Origin: Blastocatellia bacterium | Lineage (GTDB): Bacteria > Acidobacteriota > Blastocatellia > UBA7656 | Assembly (NCBI GenBank): GCA_963765495.1 | Contig: CAVXWP010000014.1 | Coordinates: 54,952 to 118,951 of the forward strand | Length of the DNA: 64,000 bases | Reading direction: 5' to 3' | The notes under the pieces: generated by a model | Seen by the model: only the letters and a program-made list of their open reading frames with translations | Told to the model about the DNA's origin: nothing | The model's database searches: none | Position numbers and translations under genes: made by a program | Shown here: positions 18,492 through 28,571 of the stretch, piece after piece | Layout of the letters: each line of letters starts with the position of its first letter | How positions within the stretch are numbered: position 1 is the first letter of the stretch

Positions 18492-21293
18492 TTACTGCTT
18501 GGCCGCAGACTTTGCGAAATCGCCTGCTTTAACTATGGTCAGCTTCGACGGGTCCAGATGACGCTTGAGCGCCTGATTGATTTGTTCAGGCGTGAGCGCG
18601 GCTATTTTCTTTTCCAGTTCGGCGTTCCAGGCAAGCGTGCGATCTAAGAAAAGATATGAAGCAAGCGTCCGCGCGAGCGCCCCATCCTGTGCGCGGTTGA
18701 CCTGTTGCGATTGCAAAAAGCCCGTCTTTGCCGCCTCTACCTCTTCGGCGGTAAATCCGTCCTTGAGCGCCCGCTCGATCTCTTCTTTGAAGGCGGCTTC
18801 CAGTTTAACCGCATTCTCAGGCGCATATATCGCGAACGCCGTGAACGCGCCGCTGTCATCAAGCGCGTCCGCGCTCAGATTCGATCCGATGCCGTAACTC
18901 AAGCCTTCTTTCTGTCGAATGCGCGTGGCAAGACGCGAGTTCAAAAACCCGCCTCCAAGCATGTAATTGCCAAGCAATAGCGCCGGGTAATCCGGGTCGT
19001 TGTCTCGCAACTTGAGCGGCATCCCCGCCACGAAGAAAGCGTTTGCCTTGTCGGGCGTCTGTAGCGATTCGTTGATCGGCGGAATGGGTTTATAGACGCT
19101 GACTATCCGCGAATATGATCCGGGGTTCTTCCACGAACCGAAGAGCGAACCCGTCAGGTCTTTGACCGCTTTAGGATCGAAAGCGCCCACAATCGCAAAC
19201 TCGCCCTTCGACGCGCCGTAGAAATCCTTGTAAAATTTCTTTACGTCTTCAAGCGTCAACGCCTTCACATCAGCCACGTCTTCATCGGGCGTGGTCACGT
19301 ATCGCACATCACCCTTCGGATACGGGCTCATGTGTCGCTGGAAAAGAGTCAGGGCCACCGATTGCGGCTGGCTGCGCTGGGATTCTATATCGGTCAGCAC
19401 CTCCTGCTTGAGTTGTTCGAACTCTTCGGCGGGAAATGCCGGCTCTTCGAGTATTTCAGCCACGAGTTTCAAAACGGCCGGAAAATTCTCGCGCGTAGTC
19501 TCGATGGAAGCGTTGGCAGAAGTCGGGCCGCCCGTGACTGCGACTCGCGCCTTGAGGCGGTCGAATTCATCCTGAATCTGCTGGCGCGTGTGTTTCGTGG
19601 TGCCCCTCATCAGCATCTGCCCCGCAAACGTAGCGGCCGTCGAGCGATTCATCAAACTCTTTTCATCTCCGAAGTGCAGCCGCAAGGATGCGACCACGGT
19701 GTTGCCGCGCGTCTGCTTTGGAAGCATCGCCAGTTCAAGCCCGCCGGGAAGCGTATCTCTGGTCACACGCGATTCGATATTTGCGGGCGACGGGTCGAAC
19801 GCCTCGCCTGCGGCTATGGCAGCCTCGCCCTTGTAATCCTTGACCAGCGCCTCGACATCGGGCGTGGGCGGAATCTCGGCAATGTCGGGTTTTTCGGTGG
19901 GAATGAACTGGCCTACGGTGCGGTTTGTCGGTTTCAGATAAGCCGCGGCCACGCGCTCGACATCGGCGGGCGTGACTTTCTTTAATCGGTCTCGATGAAG
20001 AAAGAACAACCGCCAGTCTCCCTGAGCCATCCACTCGCTGAGTTGCAAGCCTACGCGGTCGGCCGAATTCAGCGTCAGCTCTATGTTCTTCAGCAAAGAG
20101 GTTCGCGCACGCTCGACCTCTTCGGCGGTTGGCGGTTTGGTCGCCATCCCTTCAACCGTTTCGATCATGGTCTGGCGCACCTCTTCGACCGATTTGTCTT
20201 TTGGCACCTCGGCGTTGACAAGCAGCATACCCGGATCGTGCTGTTGAAAGTTAAAGCCGCCGACCGAAGCGGCCTTCTTTGTCTCGACCAGTGCCTTGTG
20301 CAGTCTGCCGGACGGCGTGTCGGCGAGTATCTGTGTGAGTATATCTATGGCCGCAAAGTCCGGGTGCGAGCCCGCCGGTATGTGGTAAAGAGCCATTACG
20401 AGTTGCGTGTCGCCGACACGGCGAACGTCTACGGTGCGCTCGCCGTCTTTGGCGGGCTCTACGGTGTAGATCGGCTCAAGCTTGCGCGTGGGTCGCGGTA
20501 TTGAGCCGAACTTGCCCGCGATCATATCGAGCGCCTTGTTTGAATCGAATTTGCCCGCGACCAGAAGCACCGCGTTATCGGGCTGGTAATAGTTGTGATA
20601 AAAAGCCTGCAAACGCTCGATGGGAACGTTTTCGATGTCGCTGCGATTGCCTATGGGCAGATTGCCATAGTTGTGCCAGTCGTAGGTCGTGCCCAGCATA
20701 CGTTTGAGCAGCACGAGAAACGGAGAGTTTTCGCCCGATTCGAATTCATTACGCACGACGGTCATCTCGGAATCGAGGTCTTTTTTTGCGATGAAAGAAT
20801 TGATCATGCGATCCGATTCAAGGTCGAGCGCCCAGTCGAAATTGGCATCCGTGGCAGAGAATGTCTCGAAATAATTTGTGCGGTCGAATGACGTGGAGCC
20901 GTTCGGGAATGCGCCGTGCGCGGTCAATTCCTGCGGGATGTTCTTGTGGTTGGGCGTACCCTTGAAAACCATGTGTTCAAGAAGGTGCGCCATGCCGGTC
21001 TCGCCGTAATTTTCCTGCCGCGAGCCTACCAGATAGGTGACGTTGACGGTGATCGTCTGTTTTGATTGATCGGGGAAAAGCAGAACCCGCAAACCGTTTT
21101 CGAGACGATATTCGGTTATGCCTTCAACGGATGTGACACGCGTAACGCCTTTCGGAAGCGCCTGTGCCGCCTGTTGCGGCGGCTTTGCGGGAGAGGCCGC
21201 AAGCGTCGCTATCGGCGCAAGACTGGTTGAGACGAGCGCCAGAAAAATCAATAAGAGCAAAATTTTATGTCTTGCTACGCTGTTAAATTTCAT
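18492..21293 (-). CDS. M16 family zinc peptidase (PqqL-like), secreted
   Basis: HLLEH inverted zinc motif, two M16 halves, signal peptide. Confidence 0.92.
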   Translation of the reverse strand: MKFNSVARHKILLLLIFLALVSTSLAPIATLAASPAKPPQQAAQALPKGVTRVTSVEGITEYRLENGLRVLLFPDQSKQTITVNVTYLVGSRQENYGETGMAHLLEHMVFKGTPNHKNIPQELTAHGAFPNGSTSFDRTNYFETFSATDANFDWALDLESDRMINSFIAKKDLDSEMTVVRNEFESGENSPFLVLLKRMLGTTYDWHNYGNLPIGNRSDIENVPIERLQAFYHNYYQPDNAVLLVAGKFDSNKALDMIAGKFGSIPRPTRKLEPIYTVEPAKDGERTVDVRRVGDTQLVMALYHIPAGSHPDFAAIDILTQILADTPSGRLHKALVETKKAASVGGFNFQQHDPGMLLVNAEVPKDKSVEEVRQTMIETVEGMATKPPTAEEVERARTSLLKNIELTLNSADRVGLQLSEWMAQGDWRLFFLHRDRLKKVTPADVERVAAAYLKPTNRTVGQFIPTEKPDIAEIPPTPDVEALVKDYKGEAAIAAGEAFDPSPANIESRVTRDTLPGGLELAMLPKQTRGNTVVASLRLHFGDEKSLMNRSTAATFAGQMLMRGTTKHTRQQIQDEFDRLKARVAVTGGPTSANASIETTRENFPAVLKLVAEILEEPAFPAEEFEQLKQEVLTDIESQRSQPQSVALTLFQRHMSPYPKGDVRYVTTPDEDVADVKALTLEDVKKFYKDFYGASKGEFAIVGAFDPKAVKDLTGSLFGSWKNPGSYSRIVSVYKPIPPINESLQTPDKANAFFVAGMPLKLRDNDPDYPALLLGNYMLGGGFLNSRLATRIRQKEGLSYGIGSNLSADALDDSGAFTAFAIYAPENAVKLEAAFKEEIERALKDGFTAEEVEAAKTGFLQSQQVNRAQDGALARTLASYLFLDRTLAWNAELEKKIAALTPEQINQALKRHLDPSKLTIVKAGDFAKSAAKQ

Positions 21294-21350
21294 GCTAACT
21301 CCTTGAAAACTGGGCAGACAAAAATGGGTACGATTATCACCCGCTGATTG

Positions 21351-22482
21351 CTATTTATTTACCGCATCCGGCACGGTTGCTTCGAGCGCGGATTTGCTCT
21401 TTAGCGCGAGATACTGCTTTATAAACTCGTCAATATCCCCATCGAGCACCGCATCGACATCCCCCATCTCATACTTTGTTCTGACGTCTTTCGCAAGACG
21501 ATACGGATGCAAAACGTAATTGCGTATCTGCGAGCCGAATGATATATCGCGCTTCGTCTCTTCGAGTTGAGCGGTCTCGGCCCGCCGCTTCTCCATCTCG
21601 AGTTCGTAAAGGCGCGATTTGAGAATCCGCATCGCCACCTCGCGGTTCTGATGCTGAGACCGTTGATTCTGACACGTGACGACGATGCCGGTCAGCAGGT
21701 GAGTTATTCGCACCGCCGAATCGGTCACGTTTACGTGCTGGCCGCCCGCGCCCGAAGAGCGATATGTGTCAACGCGCAAATCTTTATCCTGAATCTCGAT
21801 GTCCACATCTTCTTCGATGTCGGGATAGACAAAGACCGAAGCGAAACTGGTTTCGCGGCTCTGCCCCGCGTTGAACGGGCTGAGCCGGACAAGTCGATGC
21901 ACTCCCGCCTCGGCCGCAAGCAACCCGTAGGCGTACTCGCCTGAGACGGTAAATGTAGCCCCTTTTATGCCCGCTTCCTTGCCGGGCTGCTCGTCTACTA
22001 TTTCAACCTTGAATCCGTGCCGCTCGGCCCATCGCAGATACATCCTGAGCAGCATCCCGGCCCAGTCCTGTGCGTCGGTCCCGCCCGCCCCCGCGTTTAT
22101 CGTGACTATGGCGTCGCGAGCGTCATTCGGGCCTGACAGAAGCATTTCGGTCTCGGTCTCTTCGACTTCGGTTTCGAGCCGGGCTATGGCCGATTCAAGC
22201 TCGGCAAGCGAGCCTTCATCCTCGGCGGCAAACTCTATCAAAACGCCCGCGTCTTCAACATCGCGGCGAAAGCGGTCGGCTTTTTCGATAGCCGATTCCA
22301 GGCGGCTGCGTTTCTTGAGGATTTTTTGCGCCCGCTCCTGATCGTCCCAGAAATCGGTCTTTGCGCTCTCTTCTTCTATCCGCGTGAGTTCTACTCTTTT
22401 TGTTTCCGGGTCAAAGAAACCTCCGCAACTCGGCGGCGCGCGCGGATAAATCTTCGTATTTGTTCTTCAGTTCTTCGATCAT
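21351..22482 (-). CDS. prfB: Peptide chain release factor 2 with a programmed +1 frameshift
   Basis: ATG 22482, 23 codons, then GGAGG-TTT-CTT-TGA-C at about 22410-22424; the +1 frame contains SPF and GGQ. Confidence 0.97.
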
Positions 22483-22513
22483 AATCTTAACCTCAACGAG
22501 TAAGCGCAAAAGA

Positions 22514-25231
22514 TCACTCTTCGCTTTTCTCTTTCTTAGGAATAAAAGTCGCGGCCACAAGCAGCAGGCTGATTGCTGTGCACGCAATTGCGAACAGATC
22601 GCCGTAGCGAGTGTAGAATGTCAGGCCGTCGCCTCCGGCTTCGGCAACCGTCTTTGCCTTCCACCGCCGCGTAGCAATCTCAAACATCTCCGTCTCATCG
22701 TATGTATTGCCGTAACGATCTATTCGTGCCGACAGTCCCGAATTGGTCACGCGGATCAATTCCGTGTTGTTTTCGACCGCCCGAAATACCGCCTCGGCCA
22801 GCATTTGCCGGGCGGCAGCCGCAGAGTTGTACCACAACTCGTTGGAAATTTGCGCGAACACGGAAGCGCCCATCAACCGCTCGCGGCGCGCAATATCGGG
22901 CCTTGTGGCCTCAAAGCATATCAGTGTTCCGAGCTTTGCTCCTGCCACGTCGCTCAAAATCAAATTCTTGCCGGGAGCGATATCATAAATGAGCGCGGGC
23001 ACGCGATCCATAAAGGGAATCCAGCTTCGCGCCGGCACATATTCGCCAAAGGGAACCAACGCGATTTTATCATATTCGCTGATTTTCTCACCAGTTGGCC
23101 CTATCAGAATCGCGCTGTTATAGCTTATATCATCGGTTTCGGCTCCGACTGGAAATCCCCAGCTGCTTATCAAAAGATAGACCTGATTGCGCCGAGCAAA
23201 CTCACCGAGTCGCCCGCGCAAACCTTCGTCACGATCGTAAGCATAATTCATAGGCGATTCGGGCCAGATCACAAGATCGACCCCCGCGCCCTTGTTTTCG
23301 CGGTTCTCAATCGGCCCCTCGGTCGGCGCGAAATTCTTTCCCGGCGCGGCAGCGCCCGGCGGGTTACCCTTTCCCCTTATGGCCTCTTCCGATAGCGTGA
23401 GGTGCTGAGTCGTCATTCGATCGATGAAATTCGGATCGTCCCACGGCCCCGAGATCGGAATATCAGGCTGAACGGCTACAACCGAAACCGAATGCGGTTC
23501 ATCGGCTTCGGGTCTGATTGCCTGCCCGTAGGCGAGAGTCGCTCCCGCAAGCACGCCTGCCGCCGTCAGCACTATTATGCCGCGCCTCCGTTCCAGATAG
23601 ATCAGAGCAAACACGAGCGCGGTGCTTGCCGAAACCAGGAGCGCGCTCACGATGTAGACACCACCCAGCCGCGCTATTTGAATTACCGGCTGCTGAAACG
23701 CCTGAGAATACCCGAGCGCGTTCCAGCCCATGCCGACCGTTTGAATCCGCGCCCACTCGCTTGCGGCCCAGAGAGCGGGCGCGGCAAGCATCGCCCACCC
23801 GCCGAACCGGTTTATCAGGCGGCCAAGCGCCGCCGCAAAAAGTCCCGTGAATAGACCGAGCAGCGAAGCGAAGGCCAGAAGAATCAGATAGCTTAAAAAG
23901 AGCGGTATCTCGCCATAGACATTGAAGGTATGAGTTACCCAGTGCGACGAGCCCATGTAAAAGAGCGTCCCCGTCACATAGCCGAGCAGCATCGAAGGCC
24001 AGAAACGCTGTTCGCGGGCAACGGCCATGATGAGCGGCGCGGTGCCTACCCAGCCGAGCGACCAGAGATTCCATTCGGGAAAAGCGAAGATCAGCAGCAG
24101 GCCGGAAAAAAGGGCGAGCGATAGATTGCTGATGAAAGGAGGGGTCGATTGCTGGTAAGGCAGCACCTTTGCTACGCGGAGCCGCCGGGCCAGAAGATCA
24201 TCGCGAGAGAAGGCCGGAGGCATAGCCTCTTCGGTGTGCCGAAGGCGAAAGGTTTTCTCGTCTGCGATCAGCGATGGACAATCAGTCATGAATTTATTGG
24301 CGCTGAATACTTCGAATCCATCATTCAGATCTTCAGCACGGGTCTGCTCGTGGACCATCTCGGCCATATACGAACTTCTGACCAGCGGCCCGGAAAAGAC
24401 GGCGCGAAACCCCAGCCCCTCGCCGTACTCTTTGTACTCCTGGAAAACATCCGGGTGAAGGTACTCTTCAACGGCCAGGTGCTTCCGCGTAGGTTGCAGA
24501 TACTGGCCTATGGTCACGACGCCTACATCGTGCGCGCGCAAATCTTCGAGCAGTTGCCTTACTTCCTGCTTTCGCTCGCCCAGGCCAACCATAAACCCGG
24601 ATTTCGTCAGGATGCCGGGCGCGTAACGGTTCGCGTTTCGAAGCAGATCGAGTGATTGCTGATAATCGGCCTGCGGACGCACCTTCGGATAGAGCCTGGG
24701 GACCGACTCTACGTTGTGATTGAACGTATCGGGCCGGGCGTCGAGCACAGCGTGGAGGGCTTCCCGGTTCCCCTTGAAATCCGGGGTCAGCACTTCTATC
24801 AGAGATTCAGGCAAGCGGCTACGGACGGCGTGTATGGTCTTTGCGAAATGGCCTGCGCCGCCGTCGGGCAATTCGTCTCGATTGACCGAAGTGATGACCA
24901 CGTACCGCAACCCGAGTTGAGAGGCGGCTTCGGCCACCTCGTCGGGCTCGCCCGCGAGCGATTCGAGCGAAGCTCCTCTGCCGGTCTTTACCGCGCAGAA
25001 ACCGCAACTGCGCGAGCACGTATCGCCAAGTATCATGAAAGTAGCCGCGCCACGGGCAAAGCAATCGTTTCGATTCGGGCAGCGCGCCTCTTCGCACACG
25101 GTGTGCAGATTTCGGGTCCGAAGCATCCGCTTCAATTCGTGATCGGCCTCGACATTGCGCCCGGGCTTTCGAAGCCATTCGGGGAGCCGCGCACGCGGGT
25201 TGCTTTTCATTCCTTCGATTTGAACTAGCAT
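22514..25231 (-). CDS. lipA-lnt: Single ORF encoding lipoyl synthase (LipA) followed by apolipoprotein N-acyltransferase (Lnt)
   Basis: CEEARCPNRNDC, CSRSCGFC, RSSY (LipA); about 75-aa linker; TM helices and WPES / YDK..LVPFGEY / LICFE triad (Lnt). Confidence 0.85.
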   Translation of the reverse strand: MLVQIEGMKSNPRARLPEWLRKPGRNVEADHELKRMLRTRNLHTVCEEARCPNRNDCFARGAATFMILGDTCSRSCGFCAVKTGRGASLESLAGEPDEVAEAASQLGLRYVVITSVNRDELPDGGAGHFAKTIHAVRSRLPESLIEVLTPDFKGNREALHAVLDARPDTFNHNVESVPRLYPKVRPQADYQQSLDLLRNANRYAPGILTKSGFMVGLGERKQEVRQLLEDLRAHDVGVVTIGQYLQPTRKHLAVEEYLHPDVFQEYKEYGEGLGFRAVFSGPLVRSSYMAEMVHEQTRAEDLNDGFEVFSANKFMTDCPSLIADEKTFRLRHTEEAMPPAFSRDDLLARRLRVAKVLPYQQSTPPFISNLSLALFSGLLLIFAFPEWNLWSLGWVGTAPLIMAVAREQRFWPSMLLGYVTGTLFYMGSSHWVTHTFNVYGEIPLFLSYLILLAFASLLGLFTGLFAAALGRLINRFGGWAMLAAPALWAASEWARIQTVGMGWNALGYSQAFQQPVIQIARLGGVYIVSALLVSASTALVFALIYLERRRGIIVLTAAGVLAGATLAYGQAIRPEADEPHSVSVVAVQPDIPISGPWDDPNFIDRMTTQHLTLSEEAIRGKGNPPGAAAPGKNFAPTEGPIENRENKGAGVDLVIWPESPMNYAYDRDEGLRGRLGEFARRNQVYLLISSWGFPVGAETDDISYNSAILIGPTGEKISEYDKIALVPFGEYVPARSWIPFMDRVPALIYDIAPGKNLILSDVAGAKLGTLICFEATRPDIARRERLMGASVFAQISNELWYNSAAAARQMLAEAVFRAVENNTELIRVTNSGLSARIDRYGNTYDETEMFEIATRRWKAKTVAEAGGDGLTFYTRYGDLFAIACTAISLLLVAATFIPKKEKSEE

Positions 25232-25335
25232 AATTCGTAATGCGTGATGCGTGATGCGTCACGCGTGACTATCAGACAGGTCGCTGTTTCAGACAATTTG
25301 CAAGTCTGCAAGAATCACGCGTCACGCATCACTTT

Positions 25336-25770
25336 TCAATTCTGCGCCCCCGGGATAATCATCACGCCCTTCATGCCTTCGGTCGTAAGCTCGCTGGCTA
25401 CCTGTTGAGCCTCCTCACGCGTTTTATACGGACCTATGCGAACGCGATAGAGAGTGTCGGGGCCGTTGGGCTCCTGTGTGTGCGCGCTCAGATATTTCTG
25501 GCGAAGTTCGGAAACGCGATGGTCCGCCTGATCTTTTGTTCCATACGCGCCGACCTGCACGATAAAACGGGCGTCTTTACTCTCTTCCTGCGTTTGCGTC
25601 TGCGTGCCTGCGGGCGGCTGTTTGCCGGATGATGCGTTCTTGGAATCTGCCGCGACCGGCTCACTTGCAGTCGAAGGAGCTTCCTTGACCACGTTCAACC
25701 CGGCCCAGAAAGCTCCCAGAAGCAACGCGATTCCTACGATAAAGAGCGCGATTACCTGCTTGTTAGACAT
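25336..25770 (-). CDS. SPOR-domain protein
   Basis: N-terminal TM helix; FIVQVGAY...LYRVRIGPY. Confidence 0.9.
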   Translation of the reverse strand: MSNKQVIALFIVGIALLLGAFWAGLNVVKEAPSTASEPVAADSKNASSGKQPPAGTQTQTQEESKDARFIVQVGAYGTKDQADHRVSELRQKYLSAHTQEPNGPDTLYRVRIGPYKTREEAQQVASELTTEGMKGVMIIPGAQN

Positions 25771-25811
25771 CTTCCTTAGCTCATCTCCTGCGCCTTGATT
25801 TCAACCTCGCG

Positions 25812-26621
25812 TTACCCCACCTTGAAGGTTTCGCGCGGCTGGCCTGTAACGGCCTCCTGCCTGATTTTGGGGCCGAGCAGCGCCGTAAGCATATCTACCG
25901 GGACCGGAAAAATTACGGTGGTGTTTTGCTCCATGCCTATCTCGGTCAGCGTTTGCAGATAGCGCAACTGCAACGCGGTAGGCTCAGCGGCGATGGCCGT
26001 AGCGGCGCGAACCAGCTTTTCTGCCGCCTGATATTCGCCTTCGGCGTGGATGATCTTGGCGCGCTTTTCGCGCTCGGCCTCAGCCTGTCGCGACATTGCC
26101 CGGCGCATCTCCTGAGGCAAATCCACCGCCTTGATCTCGACCATTGACACCTTGATGCCCCACTGGTCGGTGTGCAGATCGAGTATCTCTTGAAGCCGCT
26201 CATTCAACTTCTCGCGTTTCGATAACAACTCGTCAAGCTCCGCTTCGCCGAGCACCGAGCGCAGAGTGGTCTGCGCGAGTTGAGAAGTGGCGTAGAGATA
26301 ATTTTCAACTTCGACCACTGCCAGACGCGGTTCAAGCACCCGAAAGTAGACCACCGCGTTTACGGAAACGGTCACGTTGTCACGTGTTATCACATCCTGC
26401 GGCGGAACGTCCATCGTGATCGTCCGAAGACTTACCCGCACTATGCGATCAATCGGACGAAAGACCATGATGATGCCCGGCCCTTTTGCTTCCGGCAGCA
26501 ACCGACCGAGGCGAAAGATGACGCCTCGCTCGTATTCCGGCAAAATATTGATCACGCTCAAAAGGTAGATCAGCAGGATCGCGCCTGCGATGATCGGCCA
26601 TGTGAAAAGTTCATTGCCCAT
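25812..26621 (-). CDS. Slipin/stomatin (SPFH) protein
   Basis: [41 protein letters not shown]. Confidence 0.95.
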   Translation of the reverse strand: MGNELFTWPIIAGAILLIYLLSVINILPEYERGVIFRLGRLLPEAKGPGIIMVFRPIDRIVRVSLRTITMDVPPQDVITRDNVTVSVNAVVYFRVLEPRLAVVEVENYLYATSQLAQTTLRSVLGEAELDELLSKREKLNERLQEILDLHTDQWGIKVSMVEIKAVDLPQEMRRAMSRQAEAEREKRAKIIHAEGEYQAAEKLVRAATAIAAEPTALQLRYLQTLTEIGMEQNTTVIFPVPVDMLTALLGPKIRQEAVTGQPRETFKVG

Positions 26622-26790
26622 AGATCATCTCCTATTCTAGTCGGTTCTCGCTCACAGCGAAAGAGAACCTGTCAAAGGCTTCGACGTTCAGTTTAGAGTA
26701 TTCAATTATACAAAGCCGGAATTAATACCTGGGAACCTTAACATCTCTGAACGTGGATCACAGCAATCCGGGCAAATTATGATGATTCGA

Positions 26791-28128
26791 TTATTGCTCG
26801 ATAGCGGAAGCCTTTTTTGGCGCGATCGCTTCATCCGTATCGGCTTCGACCTCAAGCGTAAGCCCGCTCAGGCCGGTGACGCGCACCGCTTCGCCCCTGG
26901 CAACCTGCATCCGCGAGCGAGCGCGCCACAACTCGCCTCGAACAAAGACAGTGCCTTCGGGCGCTATTATGGATTCCGCCCTGCCCCTGAGTCCGATCAT
27001 TCCACACGCGCCCGTAACCACTTTCGCGTGCCGCGCCCTGAGCGCGAGCTTCAGCATAAAGATCATCATCAGGGCAAAGGGTATAACCACGGCAAGCACG
27101 AGGCCAAGCGGCAGTCGCAACCCAGAAGCCGTCGGCACGTCTATCAGGATGAGCGAGCCGATCACTGCCGCCGCGATCCCGCCTGCGCCCAGTATGCCAA
27201 ATCCCTGCACCTTGGCTTCGAGCACAAATAGCCCCAGGGCCACGGCTATCAAAAGCACGCCGGTCAAATTTATCGGGAGCATATGAAATCCATATAGCGC
27301 CAGCACCACTGAGAGAGCGCCCACCACGCCTGGCACAATCGCGCCCGGATGCTGGAATTCGAAATAGACACAGAGCGCGCCGATTGCAAAAAGCACAAAG
27401 GCGATTCGCGGGTCGGCAAGCGCCATAAGCAATCGCTGCCTGATGCTCGGATGGATCTCGGCCACCTTTTCATCAGAGGTTTCGAGCCTCACCTGAGAGC
27501 CGTCGAAACGAGTGATCAAGCGCCCGTCGAGTTGCGCGAGCAAATCCTGCTCATCGCGCGCGACGATCTCTACAAGATGATTTTCCAGCGCCTCGCGCTC
27601 GGTGAAGGATTTGCTTTCGCGGATGGTCGTCTCTGCCGCCTGAGGATTTCGACCCCGTTTTTCGGCGAGGCTGCGAACATAGGCCGAAGCGTCGTTTACT
27701 ACCTTTTCGGCCATGGTCTTATCCATTTCGCCGCCACCCATCATAACGGGATGAGCCGCGCCTGTAGCCGTTCCCGGAGCCATCGCCGCGACATCCGAGG
27801 CGAGCATTATGACGAATCCGGCCGATGCCGCCCGCGCCCCTGCCGGCGCTACATAGACGATCACCGGCACGCGCGAGGCGAGTATGTGCGAGACGATTTC
27901 GCGCATGGAATCCGAGAGCCCGCCCGGTGTGTCGAGAATGATTATCAAAGCCTCCGCGTTTTGTTGTTCGGCTCGCGCAATTGCCGACGTTATCACATCG
28001 GCGCTTGCAGGTGTTATCTGATCGTCGAGCCTGAGGCTGAGAACTTCCGCGCTTGCGCTTGCGGCTGCGGCAAATAAAACCAGCAACAGCGCAAGCGTTG
28101 TGGTGATGCTTTTCTTGAGCGCATTCAT
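26791..28128 (-). CDS. nfeD: NfeD family membrane serine protease
   Basis: LDTPGG, AASAG, GAAHP and C-terminal OB fold GELWRA; adjacent to slipin. Confidence 0.92.
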   Translation of the reverse strand: MNALKKSITTTLALLLVLFAAAASASAEVLSLRLDDQITPASADVITSAIARAEQQNAEALIIILDTPGGLSDSMREIVSHILASRVPVIVYVAPAGARAASAGFVIMLASDVAAMAPGTATGAAHPVMMGGGEMDKTMAEKVVNDASAYVRSLAEKRGRNPQAAETTIRESKSFTEREALENHLVEIVARDEQDLLAQLDGRLITRFDGSQVRLETSDEKVAEIHPSIRQRLLMALADPRIAFVLFAIGALCVYFEFQHPGAIVPGVVGALSVVLALYGFHMLPINLTGVLLIAVALGLFVLEAKVQGFGILGAGGIAAAVIGSLILIDVPTASGLRLPLGLVLAVVIPFALMMIFMLKLALRARHAKVVTGACGMIGLRGRAESIIAPEGTVFVRGELWRARSRMQVARGEAVRVTGLSGLTLEVEADTDEAIAPKKASAIEQ

Positions 28129-28571
28129 GCCGATACTTCCTATCCTGAGAATTGAAATCTCTCTGCTTTAGTTTAACACAAACCGCCTGTAATGCCTGGC
28201 CCGGGACGCGACGCCGGGCAACATTCTGACGCCGGGCGCGCGCGCGCCTTTGTGAGCGCAAATATAAAGGCTTGTAGCAACAAAAAAAGCTTGACAATAT
28301 GAGCAAAAAACACAATTATTAGCGCGTTCATAGGCTCTCAAGCTGTTATTTCTCTGGAATCTATTAATAAGTGGTCGGGCGCTGTTTAGTTGTTCGCCCC
28401 GGAAATTTGTCTTATAGGCTGGCCTTATCTAGCTACTGACTCTGAGGAAGTAGTCTCAGAATCTCATCAGCTTAGAGTCCGGTTTTCAGGCGTGGCTTGA
28501 ATCTCTTAACTCTAATATAAGAATCAATGAGGCACATTACCGCTCACAGGACTTGAAAGGAGAAGCAAGGT

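Noticed and set aside
22410-22424. In-frame TGA early in prfB as a pseudogene or novelty
   Set aside because: It is the canonical RF2 autoregulatory site (internal SD plus CTT-TGA-C).
28290-28571. Possible riboswitch ahead of the TonB receptor
   Set aside because: Some hairpins are present, but I could not match cobalamin, TPP, SAM or c-di-GMP consensus elements by eye; an Rfam scan would settle it.
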